Origin: an uncultured virus (IMG/VR IMGVR_UViG_3300021387_000129)
Taxonomy: Duplodnaviria > Heunggongvirae > Uroviricota > Caudoviricetes
Reading direction: 5' to 3' (one strand)
Virus record (IMG/VR): IMGVR_UViG_3300021387_000129
Length of the DNA stretch: 64,000 nucleotides
The notes under the pieces were generated by a model that was not told where the DNA came from, did no database searches, and saw only the letters and a program-made list of their open reading frames with translations. The stretch's first letter is position 1. The number at the start of each line of letters is the position of its first letter. This document shows positions 19,749-29,004 of this stretch, piece after piece. The position numbers and the translations under genes were made by a program.

Positions 19749-21710
19749 TCAGGTTTCGTTGGGGCCATCCACGGAAGGATTCTTGGGAGCGCCGTGCCAG
19801 GGCTTGCTGGGCATACTGCTCTGGATGGTCATGAAGTTGTCAGTAGACGCAGCTTCGATCGCCAGGGCAGAGAAGGGCTTGGTCAGAGCACCAGAAATCC
19901 TGGTTTCGATCAGATACTTCTGCTGGTTATAGTCGATATCGAAGTCGTCGAACATATTGACACTGCCGCCCTTGTCCGCACCAACGTTGTAGTCATTCAG
20001 GTTCACCAGCAGACCCAGCAGCTGATACTGTGTCGTGGTGCTGTTGACAGTCTCAGAACGGGTGCCCGCCTGCTCGAACACAGGAACAGTCACGATATCC
20101 GACACACGCAGAGCCGTCGCCAGCGCCTGCTTGGTGGGATACATGAAATGCCCAATGCCGTCTTCCAGCAGAAGCATCTCAGTCAGGCAGTCTTCAGTGG
20201 TCAGATACAGAGGATTGCCGCTACCCTTGTAGAGCTTCCGATTCTTGATGATCGCCTTGATCAGGGTCTTGGCAGGAGCTTCACCAGCCACAGGAGCAAC
20301 ATGCACCTTCACTGTGAACAGATCGTCATCCTTCCAGATGGAGCGAACATGCTGCTGAGAAATGCTGTCTTCGCTATCAGTAGGACGGCCATCGCCGATC
20401 AGGATCGCGCGGGCGATTTCCTCATCCAGCATCATCCGCATTTCGCCCTTGAGCCAGGCGACAACATCGAAGTCAGTAATATCAATCACATCGTCGCGAT
20501 CGAGCTTCTGCTTCTTGTACACGGTCTGAGGATCGGTGGTACGCTTGAGCAGCGTGAACACTTCTTCCTTTTTCTGATGGCCCTTGAGGTAACCAAGCGC
20601 CCTGGCCTCGTCTTCGGTAATATCCGCGAACATGCTCTTGATCCGGGAGAAGGGAGTATGATGCACGCCGTTCATTACCCTCTGGACCCAGTCCGTTTCC
20701 CGCTTAATGAATTCGGGCGGCGTGTTAAGGTTCTTGTACTCGGGAAACAACCAGTCAATCTGGTCGATGCCGTATTCAGCAGTATGCGCCAGGACGGATT
20801 CCTTCAGGCTGCCGCAGCGCTTCGCATCCGTGAAAATAGCTTCCGTCTCGGCATGGGAAAGGGTGTTGTCCATGGTTTCAGCGCTGCCGTCAAATACATT
20901 GTGCTTCATGTCATAACCTCCATACATGGAATGGGCGACGTCCTCATCTTCATCATCCTCGTCGTCATCCTCATCCTCGTAATCTTCTTCGTCCTCGTCG
21001 TATTCATCTTCGTCGAGGTCTTCGTCATCTTCGTAGTCTTCCTCGTCATCGTAATCCTCTTCGTCGTCCTCATCGGACAGTCCGAGGTTCTCAATGGCGT
21101 CGGCCTGGCCCTGTTCATACATTGCCTGAACGGCAGCCAGCTGATCTTCGTCCATCGTGTCCAGGATGCCCTGAACGTCGAGCTGATCACCCATATCTTC
21201 ATCCTCCTCGTATTCGTCGCCGTCATCGCTGTGATAGAGTTCCAAATCCTGCAGGGCAGAAGTATAAATCGCCTCTTCATCGTCGATGTCGGTCGTTCCA
21301 TCGCTGTGCGCGAAGCTGAGGTTTTCGATCCGGGCTTCTTTATTAGCTCCGGTGAGCACCAGACTGACCTCACGGATCATACCGTGGATCACATCGCTGC
21401 CTCGCTGCACAAGCTGGTTGGCATAAATGCTCAATGCCTTAATATCACCATGTCGAACGGCTTCCTTAACGGCATTGGCTTTTGGGTTCCCATTGAACCA
21501 TCCATAGCAGTAAACACCCTCGTCCCGGTTTTCAAGCAACGCATGGCCCAAAATATTCTCCGGGTCACTGTGGTTGTGCTGATATACCATCGGCACCTCT
21601 TCGCCATCATTGTCGATAAACGCATTATGGCGAATGGTACGACCGTCACTGCATTTGACGTCGTTTACGGTTGCCCAGCCTGAAAAATCAGGCAGTCGAT
21701 TCTTTGCCAT
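19749..21710 (-). CDS. Prohead protease - acidic scaffold - major capsid protein fusion
   Basis: N-terminal HK97-type protease (FSGWAT, YQHNH, LSIYA, IREVSLV..GAN); D/E-rich linker at about 20940-21080; C-terminal capsid domain (EEIARAILIGDG, YLIETRISGAL). Confidence 0.88.
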   Translation of the reverse strand: MAKNRLPDFSGWATVNDVKCSDGRTIRHNAFIDNDGEEVPMVYQHNHSDPENILGHALLENRDEGVYCYGWFNGNPKANAVKEAVRHGDIKALSIYANQLVQRGSDVIHGMIREVSLVLTGANKEARIENLSFAHSDGTTDIDDEEAIYTSALQDLELYHSDDGDEYEEDEDMGDQLDVQGILDTMDEDQLAAVQAMYEQGQADAIENLGLSDEDDEEDYDDEEDYEDDEDLDEDEYDEDEEDYEDEDDDEDDEDEDVAHSMYGGYDMKHNVFDGSAETMDNTLSHAETEAIFTDAKRCGSLKESVLAHTAEYGIDQIDWLFPEYKNLNTPPEFIKRETDWVQRVMNGVHHTPFSRIKSMFADITEDEARALGYLKGHQKKEEVFTLLKRTTDPQTVYKKQKLDRDDVIDITDFDVVAWLKGEMRMMLDEEIARAILIGDGRPTDSEDSISQQHVRSIWKDDDLFTVKVHVAPVAGEAPAKTLIKAIIKNRKLYKGSGNPLYLTTEDCLTEMLLLEDGIGHFMYPTKQALATALRVSDIVTVPVFEQAGTRSETVNSTTTQYQLLGLLVNLNDYNVGADKGGSVNMFDDFDIDYNQQKYLIETRISGALTKPFSALAIEAASTDNFMTIQSSMPSKPWHGAPKNPSVDGPNET

Positions 21711-21751
21711 GATTTATCCTCCTTGGCTGGAAATAACTTCCATTTTGATTT

Positions 21752-23137
21752 TTATCCGGTTTGCCGTTTGGGTACTTCCTCTTTCGGCTCCTTGTTCTTT
21801 CCAGATACGTATTCTTCCGCCAGGTCAATAATCTCGCTGTCGGAGAGTTCATCCAGATCCTCCTCCGTTAATCCCGCGTCCAGCAAGGTTTGTTCAGCCT
21901 GCTTCAGCTCTTCGGGGTCTACCGGTGCTTCTCCGCCTTCCTGATCCTGGATGGGCATGTTGCTGTTACGCAGCTCGTCTGCCTTCGGATCGTCAGAAGG
22001 TTTGATGCCAATAATGCTGCGAAGCTCATTGGCACTGAGAATCTCATTGCGTGTGAACTTGTCAGCGATATCCGCGATATTGTTCACCGGCACCAGCTTG
22101 AAGTGATCTCTGAAGAACTTGATCGCCTGATGCTGAGTTCTGGCTGTCTTAGTCAGGAACTTGCGCTGCATCTCATCGCAGATGGCAGAAAGGATCGGCT
22201 CAATCGTACGGTTGTAGTAATTGAGCATCACCTTTTCGTCTGCAATCCCACTAAAAATCTCCTCTGTCAGACCAAGTTGGCTGTAGAGGAGCTTTGTGAG
22301 ATATTCAATTTGCTGCATCAGGTTATTGTCCACGGATCGGTTCAGCTGCGTAACCTTTTCGGTAGCGTCAGTGTAAGCGATACCGTACTTGGAGCCTGCC
22401 AGCTGTTCCTCGATCTTCTTCCGTCTCCTGTCCGCTTCAGCCTGTCGCGTCTCCGTTTTGATGGTGTAGGGGAGCTGAATAATCAAGTCCAGCTTGCCCG
22501 AACCGCTCTGTTCGTCGATCGCATCCAGCAGATTCAGTTTGCGGATGAGCCGCTGCAGCGTGGAAGAAGGTTCGTTCATCACCGCGTAGAATGGATTCTC
22601 CACGATGGCGACCATCTTCTTTGGCAGCCACAGCTCTTCCTTCACACCCTTTTTCTCGTTGTAGAGAAGCACTCGGACGTCTTCAGGAGCCCATTGCATG
22701 ATCTTGGCTGTTCGCAGTGCGAGAATATCGTAACCCCCAGTGATTTTTGGGTTGATATCTGTGTCTGTCGGCACAATAGCTACACATCCCTCGTCAAACA
22801 TGCTCATTACAACATCTTGCATGAATTGACGACCAGTCTGATCGGTGTTGGCGTCCAGGGTCAGGCAGTTGTTCAGGCCGGATTCGATATCCTCCTGATA
22901 GCGGCCGTTCTCATCCATGCGCACATGGCGAATCTGAATGGCTGCCGTGTCAACTGCAATTCGGTTATAGATCGCCGTGACAATAGACCGTTCATTTCCC
23001 CGTGTCAGCCGGAGACGATCCGGGCGATTGGCACTGGAATACCCAACGGCGATCGGGTTGTACTTAAACTCGGTGGGGTCCCGGTTGTTGTTTCGGAAAG
23101 CGTTCCAGGCATGCTGGAGCCTTTCACCAAACTTCAT
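21752..23137 (-). CDS. Portal protein
   Basis: 461 aa between terminase and capsid; AIYNRIA.D.A...NEILSANELRSIIG. Confidence 0.9.
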   Translation of the reverse strand: MKFGERLQHAWNAFRNNNRDPTEFKYNPIAVGYSSANRPDRLRLTRGNERSIVTAIYNRIAVDTAAIQIRHVRMDENGRYQEDIESGLNNCLTLDANTDQTGRQFMQDVVMSMFDEGCVAIVPTDTDINPKITGGYDILALRTAKIMQWAPEDVRVLLYNEKKGVKEELWLPKKMVAIVENPFYAVMNEPSSTLQRLIRKLNLLDAIDEQSGSGKLDLIIQLPYTIKTETRQAEADRRRKKIEEQLAGSKYGIAYTDATEKVTQLNRSVDNNLMQQIEYLTKLLYSQLGLTEEIFSGIADEKVMLNYYNRTIEPILSAICDEMQRKFLTKTARTQHQAIKFFRDHFKLVPVNNIADIADKFTRNEILSANELRSIIGIKPSDDPKADELRNSNMPIQDQEGGEAPVDPEELKQAEQTLLDAGLTEEDLDELSDSEIIDLAEEYVSGKNKEPKEEVPKRQTG

Positions 23138-23173
23138 CCAATCACCTTCGTTTCCGGGTTATTTCATTTTGAA

Positions 23174-23440
23174 TCATTTGCGCTTGCGTTTTTTCTTCCG
23201 CTTTTTAGCAGGTCCTTCTGGCCAATCGCCTCTTGCAGCTCGCATGGAAGTAACGTACATACCAGCTGCCGGGCCCATCACAGTAGACAAGGCGGCAGAT
23301 CTTAATGCGTATCCGAGTTCCTTCCTGCGTTCTTTCTGCTTCTTAGTAAGGCGCTTTTTACGCATACCCCAGCGCATGCCAAGAACTCCAAAGTGCGCAA
23401 GATATTCTCCACTGCGTTCAACAGCGTAATAAGAGGCCAT
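23174..23440 (-). CDS. Small basic protein with YLAH-FGVLGMRWG leader (putative internal head protein)
   Basis: Start moved to MASYY (GAGGAGG RBS); very K/R-rich. Confidence 0.7.
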   Translation of the reverse strand: MASYYAVERSGEYLAHFGVLGMRWGMRKKRLTKKQKERRKELGYALRSAALSTVMGPAAGMYVTSMRAARGDWPEGPAKKRKKKRKRK

Positions 23441-23455
23441 AGCGCACCTCCTCAA

Positions 23456-24310
23456 TTAACGACGACGCCGACGCTTCCGTCCACCGCCGTTAGCATACTG
23501 AGTTCCGGCGAAGGCCTTATTCATCTCATTACGCCACTCCTGAGCCTTCCGAGCAGCTCTCTTGGTGGTAGCAGCACGATAAGCGTTGTAGCCAGCCGCG
23601 CCAGCCAGGCCAACACCAAGCGCACCAGCACCGATACGGGCGTAGGTATTATTAGAAACACCACCCAATTTATCGATCTGCTGGCCAAGACGTTTCTTAC
23701 CATTCTTCATCAGAAGGTCGTTGGATTTGGTTACCACCTTGCGTCCAATGTTACCTGATTTCGCAAGACCAACGACACCTCGATTTCCAGCATTAGCCAG
23801 AGCTTTGCCAATGGTATTAGAATTGCCAAATTTCTGCGTGGCAAGAGCTGCTCCATAAAGTCCTTTCTGGGCTCCGGGTCCAGCAGCTGATACAGTCTTA
23901 CCAGCTCGGTACAAATTGCCGCCTACACGCCAGGCATATTTGTTCCTGGATTTCATAAGGGCTTCGCCAGCTTTTGTCATGGCACGCCCACCACCATGCA
24001 GACCAGCGTTAACAGCATTACCACCAGCAGCAAGACCGCGAGCAACGCCGGTAGTACCCGCAGCGGCCAGCCCGCCAGCTGCAGCGGCACCCGCGCCAAG
24101 CAGAGCAGCACGATGAGCGTACTTCTTACCGTTATTCGCCCGCTTCTCGAGTCGGGCAAGTTTCCTAGAGGCCTTACGATAGGCCCGTCCGAGCGCACGG
24201 CTGTTTCCGCTTTCGACGGCTTTCCGGACGCCCCACTTCATTCCCTTGATGCCATAATGCGCGAGGTATTCGTCATCCCGCTGCACGGCATACATATAAT
24301 CGTTGTACAT
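23456..24310 (-). CDS. Basic Gly/Ala-rich protein with YLAH-YGIKGMKWG leader (putative internal/ejection protein)
   Basis: Start moved to MYNDY (GGAGG RBS); two Gly/Ala hydrophobic stretches; poly-Arg C-terminus. Confidence 0.7.
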   Translation of the reverse strand: MYNDYMYAVQRDDEYLAHYGIKGMKWGVRKAVESGNSRALGRAYRKASRKLARLEKRANNGKKYAHRAALLGAGAAAAGGLAAAGTTGVARGLAAGGNAVNAGLHGGGRAMTKAGEALMKSRNKYAWRVGGNLYRAGKTVSAAGPGAQKGLYGAALATQKFGNSNTIGKALANAGNRGVVGLAKSGNIGRKVVTKSNDLLMKNGKKRLGQQIDKLGGVSNNTYARIGAGALGVGLAGAAGYNAYRAATTKRAARKAQEWRNEMNKAFAGTQYANGGGRKRRRRR

Positions 24311-24323
24311 GTGAGTTCCTCCA

Positions 24324-26069
24324 TCATTCAAATGATTCTCGATTGATCTTGTAAGAAACAAGCGCGTCCATCAATGCGGACACGCTGTCGACTTTATCTT
24401 GTCGGTTCTTCTTTACAAGTTTTCGGTTACCGTTGGTGTCAACAATGGTAATACAATTACCCATCGTGAACTTCATGATCTGCTGATCAAATATGAGGTT
24501 GCGATCCTCAGTCAGCTTCTTGATCTCTCCAAGGGGGACAGATTCAGTCCGCGCGCCTTGCAATACTTTAACAATACCAAACGGCCCATTCTCAGATTCC
24601 CATCTCTGGACAAAATCTTTCGCATTGTATGGGTCATAGCCAATGCACACTACATCATATCTGGAATCCTGTATATATTTGTCCAGGTCATCGTACACGT
24701 CCATCATATCCAGGATCGTGCCATCCATTATTATCAATGAACCTTCCTCAATGAACTTGTCGTACTCGATGCGCATACCCGAGGGAAGGTTATACAATGT
24801 AGACGCGGAAATGTAGCATCGCGTCTTCGCTCCAAATGAACCATCGCCAAGCGGGAACAAGAATGTAAATGCGCAGAAGTCATCGCCTCGCGAAAGGTCG
24901 ATGCCCATGGAGCAGCGCATGTTCCAGAAATCTCTTGGCCGATGGGGAAGGGTTTCTTCATATGTGAAGAAATATGTGTATCCTTCCATGGGAATACCGA
25001 ACCGCTTCGCCAGAATATCGTTCCTGGTGGCAGGGGCTTTCTCGGCACGTTCCTTATCCAGCTGATACGCTTCGTAGGTTACGGTCTTGCCCAGGTTCGG
25101 ATTCGCCTTGACCCACATTGCTGGATTATCGACCTCTTTTACGTCGTCGAGGCGATAATACCAGATCGAGATATGAGGGTTGTAATACTTACCGTTCAGA
25201 ATATCCATGAGTTCCATTTTGATGGTATCCCCAACATCATTCCGAACGGTTCCTTCCGAGCTGGTAGCTACAATTAAGTATTCATCCAGTTTGGAAGCGC
25301 CCTGCTCGATGGCACCGATGACGTCTTCGCGGATATCCCCCGACAGCCATTCGTCAACAGTTGCGATCTTACAGCGCAAACCCTGAAGCTTATCGATCGT
25401 CATCGGACGGGCTTCAATGATGGAGCCGTTGATGAAGTTTTCGATGCCTTTCTTTGTGGAGCAGAGCTTTACCCGGTTCGCTTTGGAACCAGTTGTATTC
25501 TGTAAGGACCCTTCCGTCAGGAATTTGAACAGCGGCCCACGCGCACGGGTGATGGCGGTCCTGATAGGGGAGAGCGTTTCATCAGCCTGTCGGATCGTGG
25601 GGGCCGTAACAATTTGGTCCGTTGTGGAAGAATCCATGTTCAGGAAATAGCTTTGGATGCAGCTGGCGTATACTGACTTGGCTGCACCACGCCCAACGAT
25701 CAAATATTGCTTGGTGGTAAGCCGCTTCTTTATCGTTCGACGTTCGTATCGTACGGAAAACCCGTCGGGTGCTGTAGTGGGTATACTGCGTTCAACGTAG
25801 TAAAACCATCCAAACACCTGCTCTGCCCAAAGCTTGAAGGAGTCAAGAAGTTTGAGGTCACTGCCATCAGTTAACGTCAATTCCCCTTCGCAAAATCGAA
25901 TAAAAGCTTCTACCGGGTCAGGATCATAATAGATACCCGGGTTCTGGATCATCTGGTCGATTCGGTTCATCTCAAGGCTGATTTCCCGGCAAACTGGAAT
26001 CTCGCCTCGTGTAACCGATTCGCGGAACAATCCATAATATCTTGGCGTGGCTGTGTTCGAGAGAAACAT
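24324..26069 (-). CDS. terL: Terminase large subunit
   Basis: Walker A GRGAAKS, Walker B ATVDE, nuclease GIDLS and KVDSVSALMDA. Confidence 0.95.
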   Translation of the reverse strand: MFLSNTATPRYYGLFRESVTRGEIPVCREISLEMNRIDQMIQNPGIYYDPDPVEAFIRFCEGELTLTDGSDLKLLDSFKLWAEQVFGWFYYVERSIPTTAPDGFSVRYERRTIKKRLTTKQYLIVGRGAAKSVYASCIQSYFLNMDSSTTDQIVTAPTIRQADETLSPIRTAITRARGPLFKFLTEGSLQNTTGSKANRVKLCSTKKGIENFINGSIIEARPMTIDKLQGLRCKIATVDEWLSGDIREDVIGAIEQGASKLDEYLIVATSSEGTVRNDVGDTIKMELMDILNGKYYNPHISIWYYRLDDVKEVDNPAMWVKANPNLGKTVTYEAYQLDKERAEKAPATRNDILAKRFGIPMEGYTYFFTYEETLPHRPRDFWNMRCSMGIDLSRGDDFCAFTFLFPLGDGSFGAKTRCYISASTLYNLPSGMRIEYDKFIEEGSLIIMDGTILDMMDVYDDLDKYIQDSRYDVVCIGYDPYNAKDFVQRWESENGPFGIVKVLQGARTESVPLGEIKKLTEDRNLIFDQQIMKFTMGNCITIVDTNGNRKLVKKNRQDKVDSVSALMDALVSYKINRESFE

Positions 26070-27094
26070 CAGTTCCTGAAACTACGCCTCCTGATTTGCC
26101 TGGTACGGCTTTGCCTGCGTCTACGCTCAGTTGCTTGCTGTTCGCTGGCTAGAGTACGCTGTGGTGTAGCCTTTCTCTGTTCAGCAGCTCTCTGAACATC
26201 CTGCTTGGTGGTGTACACCGTAGACATGTTGTTTTGAGATTTTGACGGAGCAATAGCGACATTCTTCCAATAGAATTCGTTTGAAGATCTATTAAAGTTC
26301 ATCGCTCTGGCTTCTTCAAGTCGCGCAGCTCTGGCCCGATTCTCTTCTGCTTCTTTCTCTTTCCTGGCGCTTTCTTTTTCAGCATCCTTGTGGGCTTTCA
26401 GCAACTTAGCACGCTGCTTCTGCGTAATTGGAACATGAGAGTAACGAGAGTCAATATCGCCTTTAGCAACAGCTTCATAGAACTCTTTGTTAACCGCATT
26501 TTCTGCAGCCCTACGCAGATTCTGCTCAGAATTATTGTTGCGCTCCCTACGACGATCGAAAGCCTCTTGCTGCTCATTCATGAGTCGCTGGGTTTTCATC
26601 CTCGATCTCCGTCCAATTGCCTCACCAACGATTGTGCTGACGCCCTGGCCAACACCGGAAATAACACCAGCACCAACTGCTTCTCCGAGTCTTCTTCGGA
26701 AGTTGCTTTTCTCCATTCCGCCAAGTTGCCGGGCCTGGCGTTCAAGAAATAGCCTGTCAGTTACCTTTTTGACTTGTGCATCGCTAAGCTTTCCGTACTT
26801 CAACCGGCCCTCTCGAGCCTGTTGCATATACTTTTCGAATTGCTTGGCTTCGCGTTCTTTAGCCCTCGCCTTCTTGTTGGCAGGGGAGTTGTATTCCTGC
26901 CAGTGGGCTTCGGCTTTCTTGATGCCGCTTCTCATCATCTTGCTCAGCTTATTGCTTGCTCGTTTATAAGCGGCACTTCTGGGTTTCTTCGGATGTCCAA
27001 GCTGAGCGTCTGTACGAATGACGCCCCATTTCATACCTTTGACACCATAGTGCATCAGCTCAGCCGGATCATTTGTCACCGCGTAATATTTCAT
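26069..27094 (-). CDS. Basic protein with ELMH-YGVKGMKWG leader (putative internal head protein)
   Basis: 341 aa, K/R-rich, one Gly-rich hydrophobic segment. Confidence 0.7.
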   Translation of the reverse strand: MKYYAVTNDPAELMHYGVKGMKWGVIRTDAQLGHPKKPRSAAYKRASNKLSKMMRSGIKKAEAHWQEYNSPANKKARAKEREAKQFEKYMQQAREGRLKYGKLSDAQVKKVTDRLFLERQARQLGGMEKSNFRRRLGEAVGAGVISGVGQGVSTIVGEAIGRRSRMKTQRLMNEQQEAFDRRRERNNNSEQNLRRAAENAVNKEFYEAVAKGDIDSRYSHVPITQKQRAKLLKAHKDAEKESARKEKEAEENRARAARLEEARAMNFNRSSNEFYWKNVAIAPSKSQNNMSTVYTTKQDVQRAAEQRKATPQRTLASEQQATERRRRQSRTRQIRRRSFRN

Positions 27095-27441
27095 GATTCG
27101 GCATCTCCCTCTGCCTGGACATTCAGCCTAAACTCCAACTCTGACATCCGGGCATTAATCGCTTCGGCTGCGGCTGAAGAAGTAGGCGGGTCGAAAATCA
27201 TGCGGACCTTCAGATAGACGAACATCCGCACGCTTTCCTTGAGTTTCGGGTTGTCTGTAAAATCCGACCAATACTGGTCGTGAGACGTGATGGAGAACCC
27301 TTCCTCAGGACCGACACCAAGCTGATGCAAGGTCATGAATACGCCATTAATGTGCATGATGAGTTCGTCATCGAAAGCACGGTCATTTGGTACGATGCCG
27401 AGCAGTCTCTTGATGCTCAACAAAATGCTTTCAGAGTCCAT
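27091..27441 (-). CDS. Head-tail connector (gp6/gp15-like)
   Basis: SILLSIKRLLGI..FDDELIMHIN...YLKVRMIFDPP. Confidence 0.7.
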   Translation of the reverse strand: MDSESILLSIKRLLGIVPNDRAFDDELIMHINGVFMTLHQLGVGPEEGFSITSHDQYWSDFTDNPKLKESVRMFVYLKVRMIFDPPTSSAAAEAINARMSELEFRLNVQAEGDAES

Positions 27442-27465
27442 AAGCAGGCCCTCCTTTCTATGTGG

Positions 27466-27873
27466 TCACCAGAGTTTCGTGTCCCCTGGTTTTCGTACGA
27501 TCGGTTGCTTCGGGAGACTGTTTGGATCTCCATAATGGATCGCGTTGTGCGTCTGAGGTGAGACACAGATCAGATATTCAGGGTTGAGAATCCAGTCCTC
27601 GACGTCTATGATGTCCTTAACGGTTATCGGGTTCATGTGATGCACGATAATGCCATTTTGAAGCTCATAGCCTTCGATACCCAGGTCCCGTCCCTCGTCT
27701 CTAATGATCACATCTCTGCGCACTCGCTTCCATGCGTCAGACCGATAGAACTTCTGATTGAGATATCTGTCAAACCCGAAGGTGTCAGCTCCGACAATGC
27801 CTCCGAGTCGCAGGTATTCATAGCGATCTAAAAAAGTCGATCTTTGTTTCAGGTCTGTGTAGCACCTGTTCAT
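27466..27873 (-). CDS. HNH endonuclease (packaging-associated)
   Basis: FYRSDAWKRVR..VIIRD...VHHMNP...THNAIH; next to the terminase genes. Confidence 0.85.
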   Translation of the reverse strand: MNRCYTDLKQRSTFLDRYEYLRLGGIVGADTFGFDRYLNQKFYRSDAWKRVRRDVIIRDEGRDLGIEGYELQNGIIVHHMNPITVKDIIDVEDWILNPEYLICVSPQTHNAIHYGDPNSLPKQPIVRKPGDTKLW

Positions 27874-27876
27874 TTA

Positions 27877-28083
27877 TTACGTCGTTTCCTCATGCTCGAG
27901 ATCCGCGTACAAGTCAAGTGTCCTGATAGCGTCAGCAATGTTACCGCTCTTGACAGGAGTGCCGCCAGCAACTTCAATCGCTCGATTAATCTCAGTCACG
28001 ATGGTGCCATCACTGATAATTGTCGTCGGTCTGTTAACCATCTTGGCAATCTGTTGAGCAATTGTTCCGTGATTCGTGTTCAT
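27877..28083 (-). CDS. Hypothetical protein
   Basis: 68 aa with AAAGGAGG RBS. Confidence 0.6.
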   Translation of the reverse strand: MNTNHGTIAQQIAKMVNRPTTIISDGTIVTEINRAIEVAGGTPVKSGNIADAIRTLDLYADLEHEETT

Positions 28084-28098
28084 GATAATATCCTCCTT

Positions 28099-28419
28099 TT
28101 AGGTGTTCGCACTGTACCGACGCATTGCTTCGATAGCATTCTTATAGAGTTCTTCGACCTCTTGAGCCGATTTGATTGCATCGACTTTCGCGTCAAGCAG
28201 TTTGTTCTGTTTTTTAAGGTTCTCAAGCTCGAGTCGTTCCTTCATGGTGCCAAGCTTGAGGTAATGGGTGATCACCTGGGAAGAAGCGGTTCCATTACGG
28301 AGTTGCTTCTCGGCAAGATCGACCGCATATCCGATCATTCGTGCTTCCCGACCCTCGGCTGTAAGTGCGGGAGCCTCCTGAGGGATGGGTTCTACGGGAT
28401 CTTCTGCCTTCCTTCTCAC
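28099..28419 (-). CDS. Terminase small subunit (putative)
   Basis: First gene after the putative cos; helical, LAEKQLRNGTASSQVITHYLKLG. Confidence 0.65.
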   Translation of the reverse strand: MRRKAEDPVEPIPQEAPALTAEGREARMIGYAVDLAEKQLRNGTASSQVITHYLKLGTMKERLELENLKKQNKLLDAKVDAIKSAQEVEELYKNAIEAMRRYSANT

Positions 28420-28619
28420 CAGAATCCACCTCCTTCAGGTAAAATTTTTGTTACTTGTACTGGACTTCTGGATACTTTAGAGGTGCTTTTATCTGAGATG
28501 TCAAGCCTTTATGAGCCGCGTTCTTACCCGGCCATCCCCAAACCGGATAAAATATATCATCAGCTCAACATCCCAGGTAAAAACACCTCTAAAGTGGACC
28601 CTCCGGGGCATTTTTTAGG

Positions 28620-28628
28620 AGGGCGGCG
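28620..28628 (-). other. Putative cos site (CGCCGCCCT)
   Basis: In a non-coding gap with G and C runs directly upstream of terS-HNH-terL; resembles CGCCGNNCT 3' overhangs I recall for actinophages of similar architecture (unverified). Confidence 0.6.
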
Positions 28629-28704
28629 AAATAGGGGGTGGGGGTATTAGCTGAGACCCCCTCCCCCCGGTCTAATGGGGAAGCTATAGATGCATCACGG
28701 AGCC

Positions 28705-29004
28705 CTAATCCTCTCGGAGGTAGTCCGGAATGCTGTCCAGCTTGGTTCCTTCACGCGTGATGAGACAGTAAACATCGAATCCAAGTTCGTTGTTCATTGA
28801 AATAATCTCAGAATACGTTCTCAGTAAATGCTTTGCTTTCTCATCATCAGTTTCATCAATCGTTGGAAATCCGTAGACGCGCATGCAATATGATTCTGTG
28901 TTGAATCCATAGTCCTGATCGTACTCTTTCCAGTCGTCGTACTGAGTAAATGGATTGAAAGGATTGTCTTTCGTCGTCAACAAAATGTCAGTTGCCTTGA
29001 TCAT
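28705..29004 (-). CDS. Hypothetical acidic protein coupled to the RNAP gene
   Basis: ATGA overlap with the RNAP stop; LTTKDNPFNPFTQYDDW. Confidence 0.7.
   Translation of the reverse strand: MIKATDILLTTKDNPFNPFTQYDDWKEYDQDYGFNTESYCMRVYGFPTIDETDDEKAKHLLRTYSEIISMNNELGFDVYCLITREGTKLDSIPDYLRED

Noticed and set aside
20940..21080. Microsatellite-like TCN repeats
   Set aside because: Explained by the Asp/Glu-rich scaffold linker of the capsid polyprotein.
19674..21683. 669-aa plus-strand ORF
   Set aside because: Antisense shadow of the codon-biased capsid gene; no RBS or recognisable domain.
21890..23305. 471-aa plus-strand ORF and the many other plus-strand ORFs
   Set aside because: They overlap well-supported minus-strand genes; no convincing plus-strand gene was found.
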